Source: Escherichia phage T4. Taken from it: 64,000 nt of DNA. A program made the position numbers and the translations under genes. The stretch lies in sequence record OL964735.1; one strand, 5' to 3'. Each line of letters opens with the position of its first letter. Within the stretch, counting starts at the first letter, position 1. Shown here in pieces: positions 18,341-28,693 of this stretch. The notes under the pieces were generated by a model. The model was not told the origin of the DNA. It made no database searches and saw only the letters and a list, made by a program, of their open reading frames with translations.

Positions 18341-18369
18341 AACAATCTCCTCATTTAACCGACAAGACT

Positions 18370-18399
18370 ACTATACCATAGTCTTGTCAGCTTGTAAAC
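18370..18399 (-). promoter_or_regulatory. T4-type early promoter (-35 GTTTAC 18394-18399, -10 TATAGT 18370-18375)
   Basis: -35 overlaps the gene 41 stop codon; inverted repeat GACAAGACTA/TAGTCTTGTC flanks the -10. Confidence 0.7.
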
Positions 18400-19826
18400 T
18401 AAAATTTTAATTCATTCGCCAAAGCATCTAACTGAGCTCGAGTCGATTCATTTCTTTGATAGCGATTCTGCTCAGCCTGAATCTGTTGTGAACCTGCTAC
18501 TTCGTTCACTTCAGTTGGAGTAGAATCTTGTTCAATTTCTACCCATTTTTGATTTCCTTTTTGAACACCCATCAAAAACTTATTCCACTTATTCTTATCA
18601 CCATATCGTGATTTGATTTGCTTAATGAGTTGTTGTTCAGCAGCTGCTAGCTCCTCGGTTTCAATGACCGCAAGCATAAAATCGGCTGTTGCTGGAAGAC
18701 CGGCAGATTCTGCAATATCGCTCATGTTAACATCGGAAGAGTCCCAAGCTTGTTTACCAACCTGTGCTGCAGTCCAAAGAACAGTTTCGGTTTCAACAGC
18801 CAGAGCACGTAATTCCTCTGCAATAGCTTTAACAGTTGTGTAACTATTTTCTGAATAAACTCTAATGCGGCAAGATTTACAAATACCTAGATAGTCGACA
18901 ATAATGATTGTTGGAACAAAATTCTTCTTGAGCTTCAATTCGTTTAAAAGTGATCGAAATGTATTAGCGTCTGCTCCACCAGTAGGATACTGTTTAACGA
19001 TTAAACGACCAAGAGTAGATTTCTCACGCCATTTTTCCATTTTTCCTTTATACTCAGCGTAAGAAATATGCCCATCATCAATGTCATCAAGAGAAACATC
19101 AAGCATATTAGCGTCAATACGTTTAGCACAGACTTCTTCTGCCATTTCCATGGAAATGTAAAGAACATTATGTCCGAGCTGTAAATAATCTGCCGCTAAT
19201 GAACACAATCCTAATGATTTACCAACGTTAACGCCAGCCATTAAAACGTTCAGTGTTCCAGTTTCAGCTCCGCCTTTCGTAATTTTGTTCAGAATTCTGA
19301 GTTTAAATGGAACCTTACGAGCTTTATTCATATAAGATAGCCAACGTGCTTCGTAGTCATCCATCCAATCATGACCAACGTAACTATCAAATGAAATTGA
19401 TAATGCCTGGCGCATGATGTCAGGAATAGCACCAACATCCGGCATTTTCTTATTTCGTTTTTCCGGAGGAAGCTCAGCATTAGTTTGAATTTCGATTATT
19501 TTAGACGTAGCATTAAACATCGCCCTTTGCTGAACATATTTTTCTGTTTCTTTTACTAACCAGCTGTGGTCTTCCGGAGAATCAGCCAGTTTTGAAATAA
19601 GTGTTTTTACACCAGAATATTCTGTTTCAGTAAATGAACTATTTTCTAATGCAACATTTAACGCATTAATAGATGGAACGCTATGGTACTCATTAACATG
19701 AGATTTAATTAATTTGAATGTATTTTTAGCTGGACCACTTTCAAAATATTCTGAATCCATATATGGCCAAACTTTTGAAAAATAAGCTTGATCAAATATG
19801 AGATGAGAAAGAATAATTTCTACCAC
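18399..19826 (-). CDS. 41: replicative DNA helicase gp41 (DnaB-like), 475 aa
   Basis: Length and N-terminus MVEIILSHLIFDQAYF match T4 gp41; first codon reads GTG with SD AAGGAG 4 nt upstream. Confidence 0.9.
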   Translation of the reverse strand: MVEIILSHLIFDQAYFSKVWPYMDSEYFESGPAKNTFKLIKSHVNEYHSVPSINALNVALENSSFTETEYSGVKTLISKLADSPEDHSWLVKETEKYVQQRAMFNATSKIIEIQTNAELPPEKRNKKMPDVGAIPDIMRQALSISFDSYVGHDWMDDYEARWLSYMNKARKVPFKLRILNKITKGGAETGTLNVLMAGVNVGKSLGLCSLAADYLQLGHNVLYISMEMAEEVCAKRIDANMLDVSLDDIDDGHISYAEYKGKMEKWREKSTLGRLIVKQYPTGGADANTFRSLLNELKLKKNFVPTIIIVDYLGICKSCRIRVYSENSYTTVKAIAEELRALAVETETVLWTAAQVGKQAWDSSDVNMSDIAESAGLPATADFMLAVIETEELAAAEQQLIKQIKSRYGDKNKWNKFLMGVQKGNQKWVEIEQDSTPTEVNEVAGSQQIQAEQNRYQRNESTRAQLDALANELKF

Positions 19827-19835
19827 ACTTACTCC

Positions 19836-20198
19836 TTAAAAGAATTTAAATTTTTTCTTTGACCTTTTATTAAATGCATCTTGCAGTTGCATTGTAATAC
19901 ATTTTTCTACATGAGGAGCTAACTCAGCTTTTCTTTCTTGGTCAAGAACAGCAAAGTCCATTACAACCTTTCCATCAACCCAATCCAGTTTAGTTACATA
20001 CACTATATGCGTAGAACCATCTTCTAGTTTAATGACAATCTCCTGGATAACATTTTCCATAGCAGATTTAATTATCTTAAGAGACTCATTAAAAAGACGT
20101 TCTTTTCTTTCTTCTTCCCCCTCCGAAGAGGGGGATTCATCGATAATTTCTAGATCTAAATCTAAATCATCTTTATTCATTAAATTCTTCCATATCAC
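19836..20198 (-). CDS. 40: gp40 head vertex assembly protein (120 aa)
   Basis: Position between uvsX and 41 and size match T4 gene 40. Confidence 0.75.
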   Translation of the reverse strand: MIWKNLMNKDDLDLDLEIIDESPSSEGEEERKERLFNESLKIIKSAMENVIQEIVIKLEDGSTHIVYVTKLDWVDGKVVMDFAVLDQERKAELAPHVEKCITMQLQDAFNKRSKKKFKFF

Positions 20199-21348
20199 TT
20201 AGCTGTTCGAGGTCAGTTTCTAAATCAGCAGCTGATTTACTTTTACTTTCTGGAGATTTAAATTTTTCAACCTTTGAGTTAATCAATTCATCAACTTCAG
20301 CTTCAACAATTTCATTACTATCAATAGCACCTAACTGATAAGCACGTTTAATAGCATCTCGGAATGGTTGATGCTTAAATAAAGGACCCCAGAATGTAGT
20401 GCAGTTGGTATCTTTTGCACGCCAAGATTTTTCTTCGCGAATCATCTCGCCAGTTTCTTCGTCAAGAAATTCACGAGCATACCAGCCATTTTTAGGTTTT
20501 ACCACGAATCCTAATTCTAGAGCCATATCTAACAATCCAGAATAAGGATCGATACCACCGTCAAATTTAACATCAATAAAGAATTTACTTTTTTCTTTAA
20601 CGGTACGAGATTTTTCTACATTTAGAACAAATTGATACCCCTGAAGATCAGAACCATCTTTAATCTGGCGTTTACCGATAATGAATACGGTATCAGCCGA
20701 ATACATCGGTCCAGTACCACCTCCCATAACTGTTTTACTAAACATTTCTTGTGTTTCGTATGTATGGTTAATAGCAATACATGGAATATTTTTAGTACTA
20801 AAATAGGGAGTTACGATACGAAATAAGCTTTTCATTGTTTTAGCTCTAGTCATATCACTAACAACTTTTTCATTTAAAGCATCTTCAGTTTCTTTCTTAG
20901 AAGCTAAGTTACCAAGTGAATCGATAAAAACGACTACCTTTTCGCCGCGTTCAATTGCATCCAATTGATTAACCATGTCAATACGTAATTGCTCAAGTGA
21001 TTGAACCGGAGTATGAATTACTCGTTCTGGATCGACTCCCATAGACCGCAAATAAGCAGGAGTAATACCAAATTCACTATCATAAAACAAACATACTGCA
21101 TCAGGATATTGACGCATGTAAGATGACACCATTGTTAATCCAAAGTTTGATTTAAATGATTTTGATGGACCTGCCAAAATTAACAGACCAGATTGCATAC
21201 CACCAGTAATTTCACCAGAAAGTGCAATATTCATCATAGGAATTTTTGTTCGAACTACATCTTTTTCATTAAAGAATTTAGATGCTGTTAATTCTGCAGT
21301 CAATTTAGAAGTAGAAGCTTTAATCAAACGAGATTTTAAATCAGACAT
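20173..21348 (-). CDS. uvsX: UvsX recombinase (RecA-like), 391 aa
   Basis: Sequence MSDLKSRLIKASTSKLTAELTASKFFNEKDV... matches recalled T4 UvsX. Confidence 0.93.
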   Translation of the reverse strand: MSDLKSRLIKASTSKLTAELTASKFFNEKDVVRTKIPMMNIALSGEITGGMQSGLLILAGPSKSFKSNFGLTMVSSYMRQYPDAVCLFYDSEFGITPAYLRSMGVDPERVIHTPVQSLEQLRIDMVNQLDAIERGEKVVVFIDSLGNLASKKETEDALNEKVVSDMTRAKTMKSLFRIVTPYFSTKNIPCIAINHTYETQEMFSKTVMGGGTGPMYSADTVFIIGKRQIKDGSDLQGYQFVLNVEKSRTVKEKSKFFIDVKFDGGIDPYSGLLDMALELGFVVKPKNGWYAREFLDEETGEMIREEKSWRAKDTNCTTFWGPLFKHQPFRDAIKRAYQLGAIDSNEIVEAEVDELINSKVEKFKSPESKSKSAADLETDLEQLSDMEEFNE

Positions 21349-21356
21349 ATAATACC

Positions 21357-22022
21357 TTATAGTAGTGTTCTTGTTCCACGAAATACTTCGAGCATTCTTG
21401 CATAAGATTTATTTGGAAATCCAGCTTCAATTGCTAATTTTTTAAGCTTAATAGCACCGGGTTTTCCAGAGTTTTCCCATATTTCTTTAATCTTTTCAAT
21501 GTTATCCCACATTATTGGGTCACGTTTATGTGATGGTTTATTTCTATTATAACCATATGGATTATTAAGCAAAGCTTCTTTTCGTTTTGCTTTAGTTTCT
21601 TCTGACTGCTTTTTGCCTAGCTGGGCTTTCCGGCAAACATCACTAAATCCAAGATGTTTTGGTTTTCCTTTTTGAGCTTTTGAAATTTTTTCTTTGGTTT
21701 CTGATGAAACTCTATAACCAATTCTTCTACCACCCTCTCCACCAATTTTTAAATTATAAGTCATAGGATCATTTACCACATCTATTGTTACTAATTCTCT
21801 TTCAGCATCACGGGCTGATTTAAAATCTTTATAAAACCCAAGAATGCTTAAATTAAAATTTTTCTTACCATACTTTTTCTTGGCTTGTGCTAATAAAGTT
21901 CCTGATCCCATATAACCATCATTTAAATCATCGGTTGAATGAGTTCCATAGTAAATTTTATTATTAACTAAATTAGTTATAACATAAGTATAATTATATT
22001 TCTTTTCTTTATGTCTTTTCAT
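21357..22022 (-). CDS. segA: GIY-YIG homing endonuclease SegA, 221 aa from ATG at 22022
   Basis: GIY-YIG motifs (YTYVITN ... KIYYGTH); between uvsX and beta-gt as in T4; track ORF starts at TTG. Confidence 0.8.
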   Translation of the reverse strand: MKRHKEKKYNYTYVITNLVNNKIYYGTHSTDDLNDGYMGSGTLLAQAKKKYGKKNFNLSILGFYKDFKSARDAERELVTIDVVNDPMTYNLKIGGEGGRRIGYRVSSETKEKISKAQKGKPKHLGFSDVCRKAQLGKKQSEETKAKRKEALLNNPYGYNRNKPSHKRDPIMWDNIEKIKEIWENSGKPGAIKLKKLAIEAGFPNKSYARMLEVFRGTRTLL

Positions 22023-22186
22023 GTCATTAATCAACTGCTATTCGATGAACTTCTCTCTTTTCTAATCAATATAACAAAAGAAGTCCCAAAAAGCAAACAG
22101 ACCTAAACCGATAATAAGCAATAAAGGTCCTAACATTTATTCCACCGGTTAAAGATAAATAACTTTCTAATAATAGTTCATAATTT

Positions 22187-23242
22187 TTATAAATCAATAG
22201 CTTTTTTGAACGCATCTTGCCATTCGGCTTTCTTTGCACGGGTTTTATTTAAAATATCATGTTGAATAGAAAGCATCTCTTTACGCAAAACATCACTGTG
22301 TTTTAACTCATTGACTCTATCAATGAGTTCAGCACGATTATTTACATAAAAACGAGCATCATTAATAATTCGATGTTTGGTATCAAATTCTTCGTCAATT
22401 AGCATCACTGCATCAGATGCCATTGTTTCCCAGACGCGTAAGGTAATAAAGTTGTCATTATAATTCTTGTCACCAATAATTAATGCAGCAATAGCTTGAC
22501 TATTCTTTTCAGATACCATGTTCATAGGAATTTTTCCAGTGAACACCGGAGCTTTGGTCCAAGGATATTTAGGATTTTTAAACTGTTTTTCTCGTGCATT
22601 GCCAAAAAACTCAATATTTAAACCGGTGTCAAATAAGAATTCTACCATCTTGGATTCGCGTTGACCGGACCGAAATGAACCGCCATAAATAACATCCAAA
22701 GTTTTCTTGGTAGGCTTAGATAATTGAAAATCGTTCATATGAATTTTATATTGTTCAATAGGAAAATATTCAAATTCAATAACATTATCAACTTTCTTAT
22801 GCGCAGCCTTAGCAATGTCTAAATTTATACCTTGGGAAATCACTTTAATTGGTGATTTAATTAATAGCTCTTCTTCAGTGTACAAATATGCCCATGGTCT
22901 ATTTTTAACATTTGGCCAAGACTGCGAAAACGGCAAACGTATATCTGTAAATAAATAATAAATTTTACTTTTGTATTTTGCCATAAATTTTTGCGCAGAT
23001 AAAATTGCTAAATTAGGTTTACCGCCAAAAAAGTTAATAGAAGAATTAACAACTATCAAACGGTCATAATCATTAACATCTACTTCATCAAAAGATTTAG
23101 TGTAAACACCATTTTTAAGAGAAATAATGTCGACATTAAGACCCATTTCAGAAATAACTTTAAAAAGATAAATAGTTTCAGAAGATGGAACAGTTTTAAA
23201 ATTAATAACATTATTACCCATATTAATTATAGCAATTTTCAT
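22187..23242 (-). CDS. bgt: DNA beta-glucosyltransferase, 351 aa
   Basis: Length, position and N-terminus MKIAIINMGNNVINFKT match T4 beta-gt. Confidence 0.9.
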   Translation of the reverse strand: MKIAIINMGNNVINFKTVPSSETIYLFKVISEMGLNVDIISLKNGVYTKSFDEVDVNDYDRLIVVNSSINFFGGKPNLAILSAQKFMAKYKSKIYYLFTDIRLPFSQSWPNVKNRPWAYLYTEEELLIKSPIKVISQGINLDIAKAAHKKVDNVIEFEYFPIEQYKIHMNDFQLSKPTKKTLDVIYGGSFRSGQRESKMVEFLFDTGLNIEFFGNAREKQFKNPKYPWTKAPVFTGKIPMNMVSEKNSQAIAALIIGDKNYNDNFITLRVWETMASDAVMLIDEEFDTKHRIINDARFYVNNRAELIDRVNELKHSDVLRKEMLSIQHDILNKTRAKKAEWQDAFKKAIDL

Positions 23243-23265
23243 ATTATTCCTTTTATGTTAAACGA

Positions 23266-24006
23266 TTAAGCGTATTTTCCTACATAATCTTTTTTCGAAA
23301 TATGTGTTTCGCCAGTTTTCCACCAATGATCAACCAAATAAAAATGACGAGAATACACATGTAGGCTTCCAACATTCCATATAATGGAACCTGCTTTATA
23401 CTGGCGAGTTGAATCACCTGCATTCAAATCAGATACTAATTTATCTAATACGTATTTTTGCCATGCATAATCATTACGGAATCCGAAGACCACGTCATTT
23501 GAGCGCATGTTAACAACCGCATTGATTTTCTTGTCACGAATCAGGTATTGTACTGTATTCGTGCACATGAAATCTGACATACCATCTTTATTATAGTCAA
23601 ACTGCATAGATGGACGAGTATAAATCATGATACCACGTCGAGAATCAGGATTTTGACCAAGTTCAGCTAAACACATGTCATACTGAGCATAGTTATCTTC
23701 TGACCAGATAGCCCAACCATAATTCGAGTTAATTTCACCTTTAGAAGATGCTACTTGTTGCCAAATCTTCGGTGTTTCACCCGGAATATCTTTAACGAAC
23801 AAGCTTTTAGATTTATACCATTCAAGTTCACGCTGAATGTATTCATCATTAAGAGCGCCAAAAATAAACGGTTCATCTGCTACAAATGATGCGCCAATAA
23901 TTTCAATAGTTTTAACACCTGTTTTATCAACTACGAAATCTTTTTCTTTTAATGCAAGCCCCAAATGAAGACGGATTTCTTCAACTGTCATAGAGTCACT
24001 AATCAT
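23266..24006 (-). CDS. 42: dCMP hydroxymethylase gp42, 246 aa
   Basis: Thymidylate-synthase-like fold, 246 aa, T4 position. Confidence 0.9.
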   Translation of the reverse strand: MISDSMTVEEIRLHLGLALKEKDFVVDKTGVKTIEIIGASFVADEPFIFGALNDEYIQRELEWYKSKSLFVKDIPGETPKIWQQVASSKGEINSNYGWAIWSEDNYAQYDMCLAELGQNPDSRRGIMIYTRPSMQFDYNKDGMSDFMCTNTVQYLIRDKKINAVVNMRSNDVVFGFRNDYAWQKYVLDKLVSDLNAGDSTRQYKAGSIIWNVGSLHVYSRHFYLVDHWWKTGETHISKKDYVGKYA

Positions 24007-24159
24007 TTAAACCTCAATTGATACATTCATATTTAACTTGTAACAGTAATAAACTCCAACCTAAAATAATAGTTGGAATCATAAGAGGAACCGTTACACT
24101 ATAGTATATACTTATTATAATCATCAAGATTAAAAGCAATGCTGCTATAATTTTGCTTT

Positions 24160-24411
24160 TCATTCCTTCTCTCTGATGATAATTACCTGATTTGGCTGCG
24201 CAGACTTTTTAGTTTCACCTGCAATTGACCAAATAAATGTAATAAACCAACCAATAATTGACCAGTTAAACAGTAAAGATGCGAAAAAGATTCCTACTGT
24301 CGATTTTGACCCACGCATCAAGGCGATAAACCATGGAAGCATGTATATAATAATAGCCAACACGCCTGAAACTAAAACCATAAAAATTGAACCTGCTACT
24401 AAAGTTTCCAT
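24160..24411 (-). CDS. imm: Imm superinfection immunity membrane protein, 83 aa
   Basis: Two transmembrane segments; size and position match T4 imm. Confidence 0.85.
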   Translation of the reverse strand: METLVAGSIFMVLVSGVLAIIIYMLPWFIALMRGSKSTVGIFFASLLFNWSIIGWFITFIWSIAGETKKSAQPNQVIIIREKE

Positions 24412-24418
24412 GTTTTCC

Positions 24419-24799
24419 TCACTTAGTCAAATTTTTTACACATGAATTATAAGAATTCACTACATACTCCATCGGAGCGTTTTTACCTGTACGCCACTGG
24501 TAATTATTAGCCCAATTTGCCCAAAGCTCAGCGCAGTAGTTTTCAATTTTTTCTTCGCGTGTAATTACATCTGAATTACGATATGCTTGAGCAGATTCAT
24601 CTGGACGAATAGCTTCGTCAAAATTCGCCTGCATTTGTTCTACTGTCTGTTTTGGAGCTTCTTTATAACACTTGACATTAGGATTATAAAATTTGCTTGA
24701 ACAGTTTACAATTTTTCCTACATCAGACTGATTTACTACCGGTCCTTGAGCTACACAACCAGCAAGACCTAATGCAATAACCAAAATAGCGATTTTCAT
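24419..24799 (-). CDS. lipoprotein-like protein (126 aa; positional imm.1)
   Basis: ATG at 24797-24799 with SD GGAG; signal peptide with lipobox LAGC; track ORF starts at TTG. Confidence 0.65.
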   Translation of the reverse strand: MKIAILVIALGLAGCVAQGPVVNQSDVGKIVNCSSKFYNPNVKCYKEAPKQTVEQMQANFDEAIRPDESAQAYRNSDVITREEKIENYCAELWANWANNYQWRTGKNAPMEYVVNSYNSCVKNLTK

Positions 24800-24836
24800 T
24801 TCATTCTCCAAATCCGTATCAGTAGTTGATAGTTGT

Positions 24837-24866
24837 ATAGTACCATGGAAGAACAGTCTTGTAAAC
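24837..24866 (-). promoter_or_regulatory. T4-type early promoter (-35 GTTTAC 24861-24866, -10 TACTAT 24837-24842)
   Basis: Anchored between imm.1 start and gene 43 stop. Confidence 0.7.
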
Positions 24867-24954
24867 AGTTTTGTGAAAAAATTTTTAGGGAATCCAAAGG
24901 GTCCAGAATCATCTCTTTTTCATAAGTATAGATTTATATTACTTGTATGAAAAA

Positions 24955-24970
24955 GGGACCTGGAGGTCCC
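24955..24970 (-). terminator. Rho-independent terminator downstream of gene 43
   Basis: Stem GGGACC / GGTCCC followed on the transcript by UUUUU. Confidence 0.8.
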
Positions 24971-24983
24971 TAGATTTATTCTA

Positions 24984-27680
24984 TCAGCCAAACAGGAAGT
25001 CTAACGAAGCTTTTTCTTCATAGTCCATGCCAGCCGATTCACACATACCCGCAAGCGGTTTAACAAACGATTTTTGGAACAAAGTTGAGTGGTCAATCCA
25101 AGATAGCACATCAGAACGAATTTCTTTTGGAAGTTCTGTACCCGATGGCCAAGCAATGCACTTGTCACCAAATGGATTTCCTTCACGTAATGGAAGAACC
25201 ATTACTTTATTTCCATCCAAAATTGGAGCTACACCTAAACCGCTAACAGCTCGACGATAAGTTAGCACACCACGAATATGGAACGGGCATTTAAATCCTG
25301 GCCAACCTTTATCATCATATTTCGCTATATCGTTCGCAGTTTTTACTTCAGCAATAACTTTATAGTCAAGTTGACGATATTCTTTCTCGAAGTTCTTGTA
25401 GTATTCTTGGACAGACTCTTCACCTTCCTGAAGAATACGACGAATACTTTCTTCGAGAGCTTCTTGCACTGCTTTTGGTGTTGAACTCTGCTGAGTTTCC
25501 ATACCCATGATTTTTAGATGCGGTTCAGCAAATCGCTTATCTTCCATATCATAAACGTTCAGAGCATAACGCTTTTTCGCTTTCCAAAATCCACCAACGC
25601 CCTTTGAACCAAGCGGAGGGCAAGAAATAGCTTCACGGTCCATATGCATCAGATGCTCGCGGTTATTCATATAATCACATAACTCACGATATGCAACATC
25701 AATCATAGGTTCCATCTTTTTCTTACCGAACTGATTCATGAATTCAACCAAATCGTTCTGCTCTTTGAATCGGTCAAGACCAACTTTTTCAATAACTTTA
25801 TCTACGCAAACATATACCGAATCAGTATCACCTGCTGCAATGAAATCTTCATCATTAGTTCCGCATACTTTATTCAGATATTCATTAATTTTACGAGCAA
25901 TCCACTGAATACCGACTTGGCCGAAAATTGTGATAGCAGTAGCATTTCGCAAATCATAGTAACGGAAATGAATATTACCAAGAGCACCATAAAGACTGTT
26001 AATGAGAATTTTACGGTTCAGCTGATTTGTATTAGCAAGTGTAGCTGCTTTTTCACATTCTTCAATCAGACTATTGAGAACAGATTCGGTGTAATTCGAT
26101 AGTTCATTTAAGAAATCATCACTGAACTTAACATATCGTTCAACTTCTGGTTTAGTTGAACAAGACCCTGCGCCTTTCATAATAATCTTTTTAATAGCTT
26201 CGGCATTCATTTCTTCAGCGAACATTTTCTTTTTCCAGTCTTTACGCTGGAAAAATACTTTAGCGATTTCCTTTGGAATGATACCTTCTTGATGTTTATC
26301 ATACATCCATCCATTCGGAGAACAAGAATATTCATCACTCGGTTTAGGAGCTGTTCCTGCGATATATTCATGAATTGGATGAACTTTAAACTGACCACGA
26401 ATAGTTTCAGGACTAATGTTAACCTGGCGAATAATGCTCGGATACAGAGACGTCAAGTCAAAACTCATAATGTATCGACGTGCAATTGGTTTAGGTTCAA
26501 ACACAAATGCACCCGGAAAACTCTGTTTAACGTGCGAACCTTGTTGAGGAATAACCTTATGTTCACCTTTCAATGAGTTAAAAATAATAGCATCCCAAGT
26601 TTTAATAGGACTCATTACACCAGAAAAAGGCATTTTAGCGTAATAAGACATACTTAAAACTAGATCGATAAACCCACGAATTTTATCGATTGCTTGAACT
26701 GATTCTACGTCAATGATGTTATAACTAATGTATCGTTGATGATTAGTCTCACGAAGTTTATTAATAGGACCGTCGTATGGTAATTTACCTTTTTTGGTTT
26801 CATGTTGAGCAACTGATTCCAAAGAGAATGACGGCAAATTAGTAAAAGCGAATTTCTTGTACAAATCTAAATAATCAAGAATAGATACGCCATCAATAGA
26901 ATAAATTTCTTTGCTACCGTACATATTTTGAATTAGTTTAGATTTTACCCGACCGATTGGAGAGAAACGTTTCATACTACGTTCACCCAGAATCATTTTA
27001 ACACGATTCATGATATACGGAACGTCAAACCCCTCAATATTCCAACCAGTAAAAATAGCAGGTCGTTTCTGTTCCCAAAGATTGATATATTCCATGAGCA
27101 TATCACGCTCATTATCGAATGGCATATAAATTACTCGGTCAAGAATTTCTTGAGGAACTTCATCACCACCTTCACAGTCAAGCTTAGCAGCTAACTTTGC
27201 ATCCCATTTTGATACTGAACCGTACATTGAATTCAAAAGGTCGAAAACATAAAAACGATCGTCAATTGAATCGTAATGAGTGATAGCATCAATTTCATAT
27301 TCTGCTTTCATTGGGTCAGGAAATTTATCACCAGTAACCTCAATGTCACAGTTAGCTACACGAACAAATTTTCGGTCATAAACAATTTCTGAACCATATG
27401 TATCACTTATATAAGCGAGTTTAAAATCGTTCATACCGAGAGCTTCGAGACCGATGTCTTCCATTCGCTTCATCCAATCTCGAGCATCTTTCATTGATGG
27501 AAATTTTTGAGGAGCGCAGTTTTTACCATAGATGTCTTTGTATTTTGACTCTTCCTTACAATGCCTAAACATAGTTGGAAGATATTCTACTTCACGGGTA
27601 CGTTCCTTTCCATTTTCATCAATATAACGTTCAACAATGTTATTTCCGACTGTTTCAATAGAGATATAAAATTCTTTCAT
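24984..27680 (-). CDS. 43: DNA polymerase gp43 (family B), 898 aa
   Basis: N-terminus MKEFYISIETVGNNIVERYIDENGKERTREVEYLPTMFRH and length match recalled T4 gp43. Confidence 0.95.
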   Translation of the reverse strand: MKEFYISIETVGNNIVERYIDENGKERTREVEYLPTMFRHCKEESKYKDIYGKNCAPQKFPSMKDARDWMKRMEDIGLEALGMNDFKLAYISDTYGSEIVYDRKFVRVANCDIEVTGDKFPDPMKAEYEIDAITHYDSIDDRFYVFDLLNSMYGSVSKWDAKLAAKLDCEGGDEVPQEILDRVIYMPFDNERDMLMEYINLWEQKRPAIFTGWNIEGFDVPYIMNRVKMILGERSMKRFSPIGRVKSKLIQNMYGSKEIYSIDGVSILDYLDLYKKFAFTNLPSFSLESVAQHETKKGKLPYDGPINKLRETNHQRYISYNIIDVESVQAIDKIRGFIDLVLSMSYYAKMPFSGVMSPIKTWDAIIFNSLKGEHKVIPQQGSHVKQSFPGAFVFEPKPIARRYIMSFDLTSLYPSIIRQVNISPETIRGQFKVHPIHEYIAGTAPKPSDEYSCSPNGWMYDKHQEGIIPKEIAKVFFQRKDWKKKMFAEEMNAEAIKKIIMKGAGSCSTKPEVERYVKFSDDFLNELSNYTESVLNSLIEECEKAATLANTNQLNRKILINSLYGALGNIHFRYYDLRNATAITIFGQVGIQWIARKINEYLNKVCGTNDEDFIAAGDTDSVYVCVDKVIEKVGLDRFKEQNDLVEFMNQFGKKKMEPMIDVAYRELCDYMNNREHLMHMDREAISCPPLGSKGVGGFWKAKKRYALNVYDMEDKRFAEPHLKIMGMETQQSSTPKAVQEALEESIRRILQEGEESVQEYYKNFEKEYRQLDYKVIAEVKTANDIAKYDDKGWPGFKCPFHIRGVLTYRRAVSGLGVAPILDGNKVMVLPLREGNPFGDKCIAWPSGTELPKEIRSDVLSWIDHSTLFQKSFVKPLAGMCESAGMDYEEKASLDFLFG

Positions 27681-27683
27681 AGA

Positions 27684-27716
27684 TATTCCTTAGTTTATAG
27701 CCCGAGTTATTAGGCT
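27684..27716 (-). promoter_or_regulatory. gp43 translational operator: hairpin (5-bp stem, 8-nt loop) plus Shine-Dalgarno just 5' of the gene 43 ATG
   Basis: Transcript ...AGCCU AAUAACUC GGGCU AUAAACUAAGGAAUAUCU AUG; stem 27699-27716, SD 27687-27691. Confidence 0.7.
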
Positions 27717-27740
27717 CTTGATATATTATACTCCAAATAA

Positions 27741-27754
27741 GGGGCCGAAGCCCC
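27741..27754 (-). terminator. GC hairpin (GGGGC-UUCG-GCCCC) between regA and gene 43
   Basis: Plus-strand GGGGCcgaaGCCCC directly after the regA stop; U-rich 3' side. Confidence 0.6.
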
Positions 27755-27758
27755 TTGC

Positions 27759-28127
27759 TTAATTACCAATCGTATATTTAGGAACGAGCTTCCATTCATG
27801 TTTTTGTTTAAAAGAAATAACTCGGAAGTTATTAGTTAAATCTTTCATAAAAGTTCTTTGACCAGGAACGATTTCAATTAGTCCCCAATCTTCTAATAGC
27901 CATGCAATCGAATCACGACGAACTTCATCTTCTTCTGTCATTTCAACTTGACGACCATCCATACGAAGCATTTCTTTAAAATGAACGATATAGTATAGTC
28001 CTTTTTTCTGAAGAATATGACAGGACTGATATAGAACTTTATCTTTATTATTAGCAATTCCCATACGAGTCAAAGTTTCTTTTACTTTCAGAAAATCTTC
28101 AGGTTTTTTAAGAGTAATTTCAATCAT
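27759..28127 (-). CDS. regA: RegA translational repressor, 122 aa
   Basis: Length, position and sequence match recalled T4 RegA. Confidence 0.9.
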   Translation of the reverse strand: MIEITLKKPEDFLKVKETLTRMGIANNKDKVLYQSCHILQKKGLYYIVHFKEMLRMDGRQVEMTEEDEVRRDSIAWLLEDWGLIEIVPGQRTFMKDLTNNFRVISFKQKHEWKLVPKYTIGN

Positions 28128-28128
28128 T

Positions 28129-28692
28129 TTACCATTCCAATGCTAGTTTTTTGAGTTGTTTCTGTTCTTTTACGTTCTTAGTCACTTCTTTCAAAAAATC
28201 ATCCGTGACTAAACCTTTTAGTTCTTTTAATACTAAAGGAAGTTTTCCATTTTTAGTAAGAATTGATTTATAGTTAATTGCATCATTTGTATTAACTTGA
28301 TACCGCTTAGCAAGTAACTTAATAATCAATACTTCGGTGGAATCTTCAACCAGTTTTGCCCATTTACCATATCTTTTACCACGAGGAACTGCAGCCATTA
28401 GATAATTAAAATGAGCTTCATCACTTAAGCCTGATCCAATTAAATTCATAGCATATACAGCTGGCATACACTCTGGAAATTGTGATAATGCATTTTCAAC
28501 CATGAATTTTGAATAATCTTTTTGAGCAATAGAGCATTTAGTTTTATTATTAATAGCTCCAATTATTTCAAAAAATTCATTTTCTGCTTTTTCTTTAAAA
28601 GAATCAGCAGCGGATTGGACAGCTGTCCAATCTTTTGAATACCAAGCAACTTGATGCTCGTTTAATTGAATATCATCTTTAAATAAGCTCAT
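28129..28692 (-). CDS. 62: clamp-loader subunit gp62, 187 aa
   Basis: Length and position match T4 gp62. Confidence 0.9.
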
Positions 28693-28693
28693 A

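Noticed and set aside
25001-25186. 61-aa minus-strand ORF overlapping the 3' end of gene 43
   Set aside because: Lies within the gene 43 coding region in another frame; no start signal.
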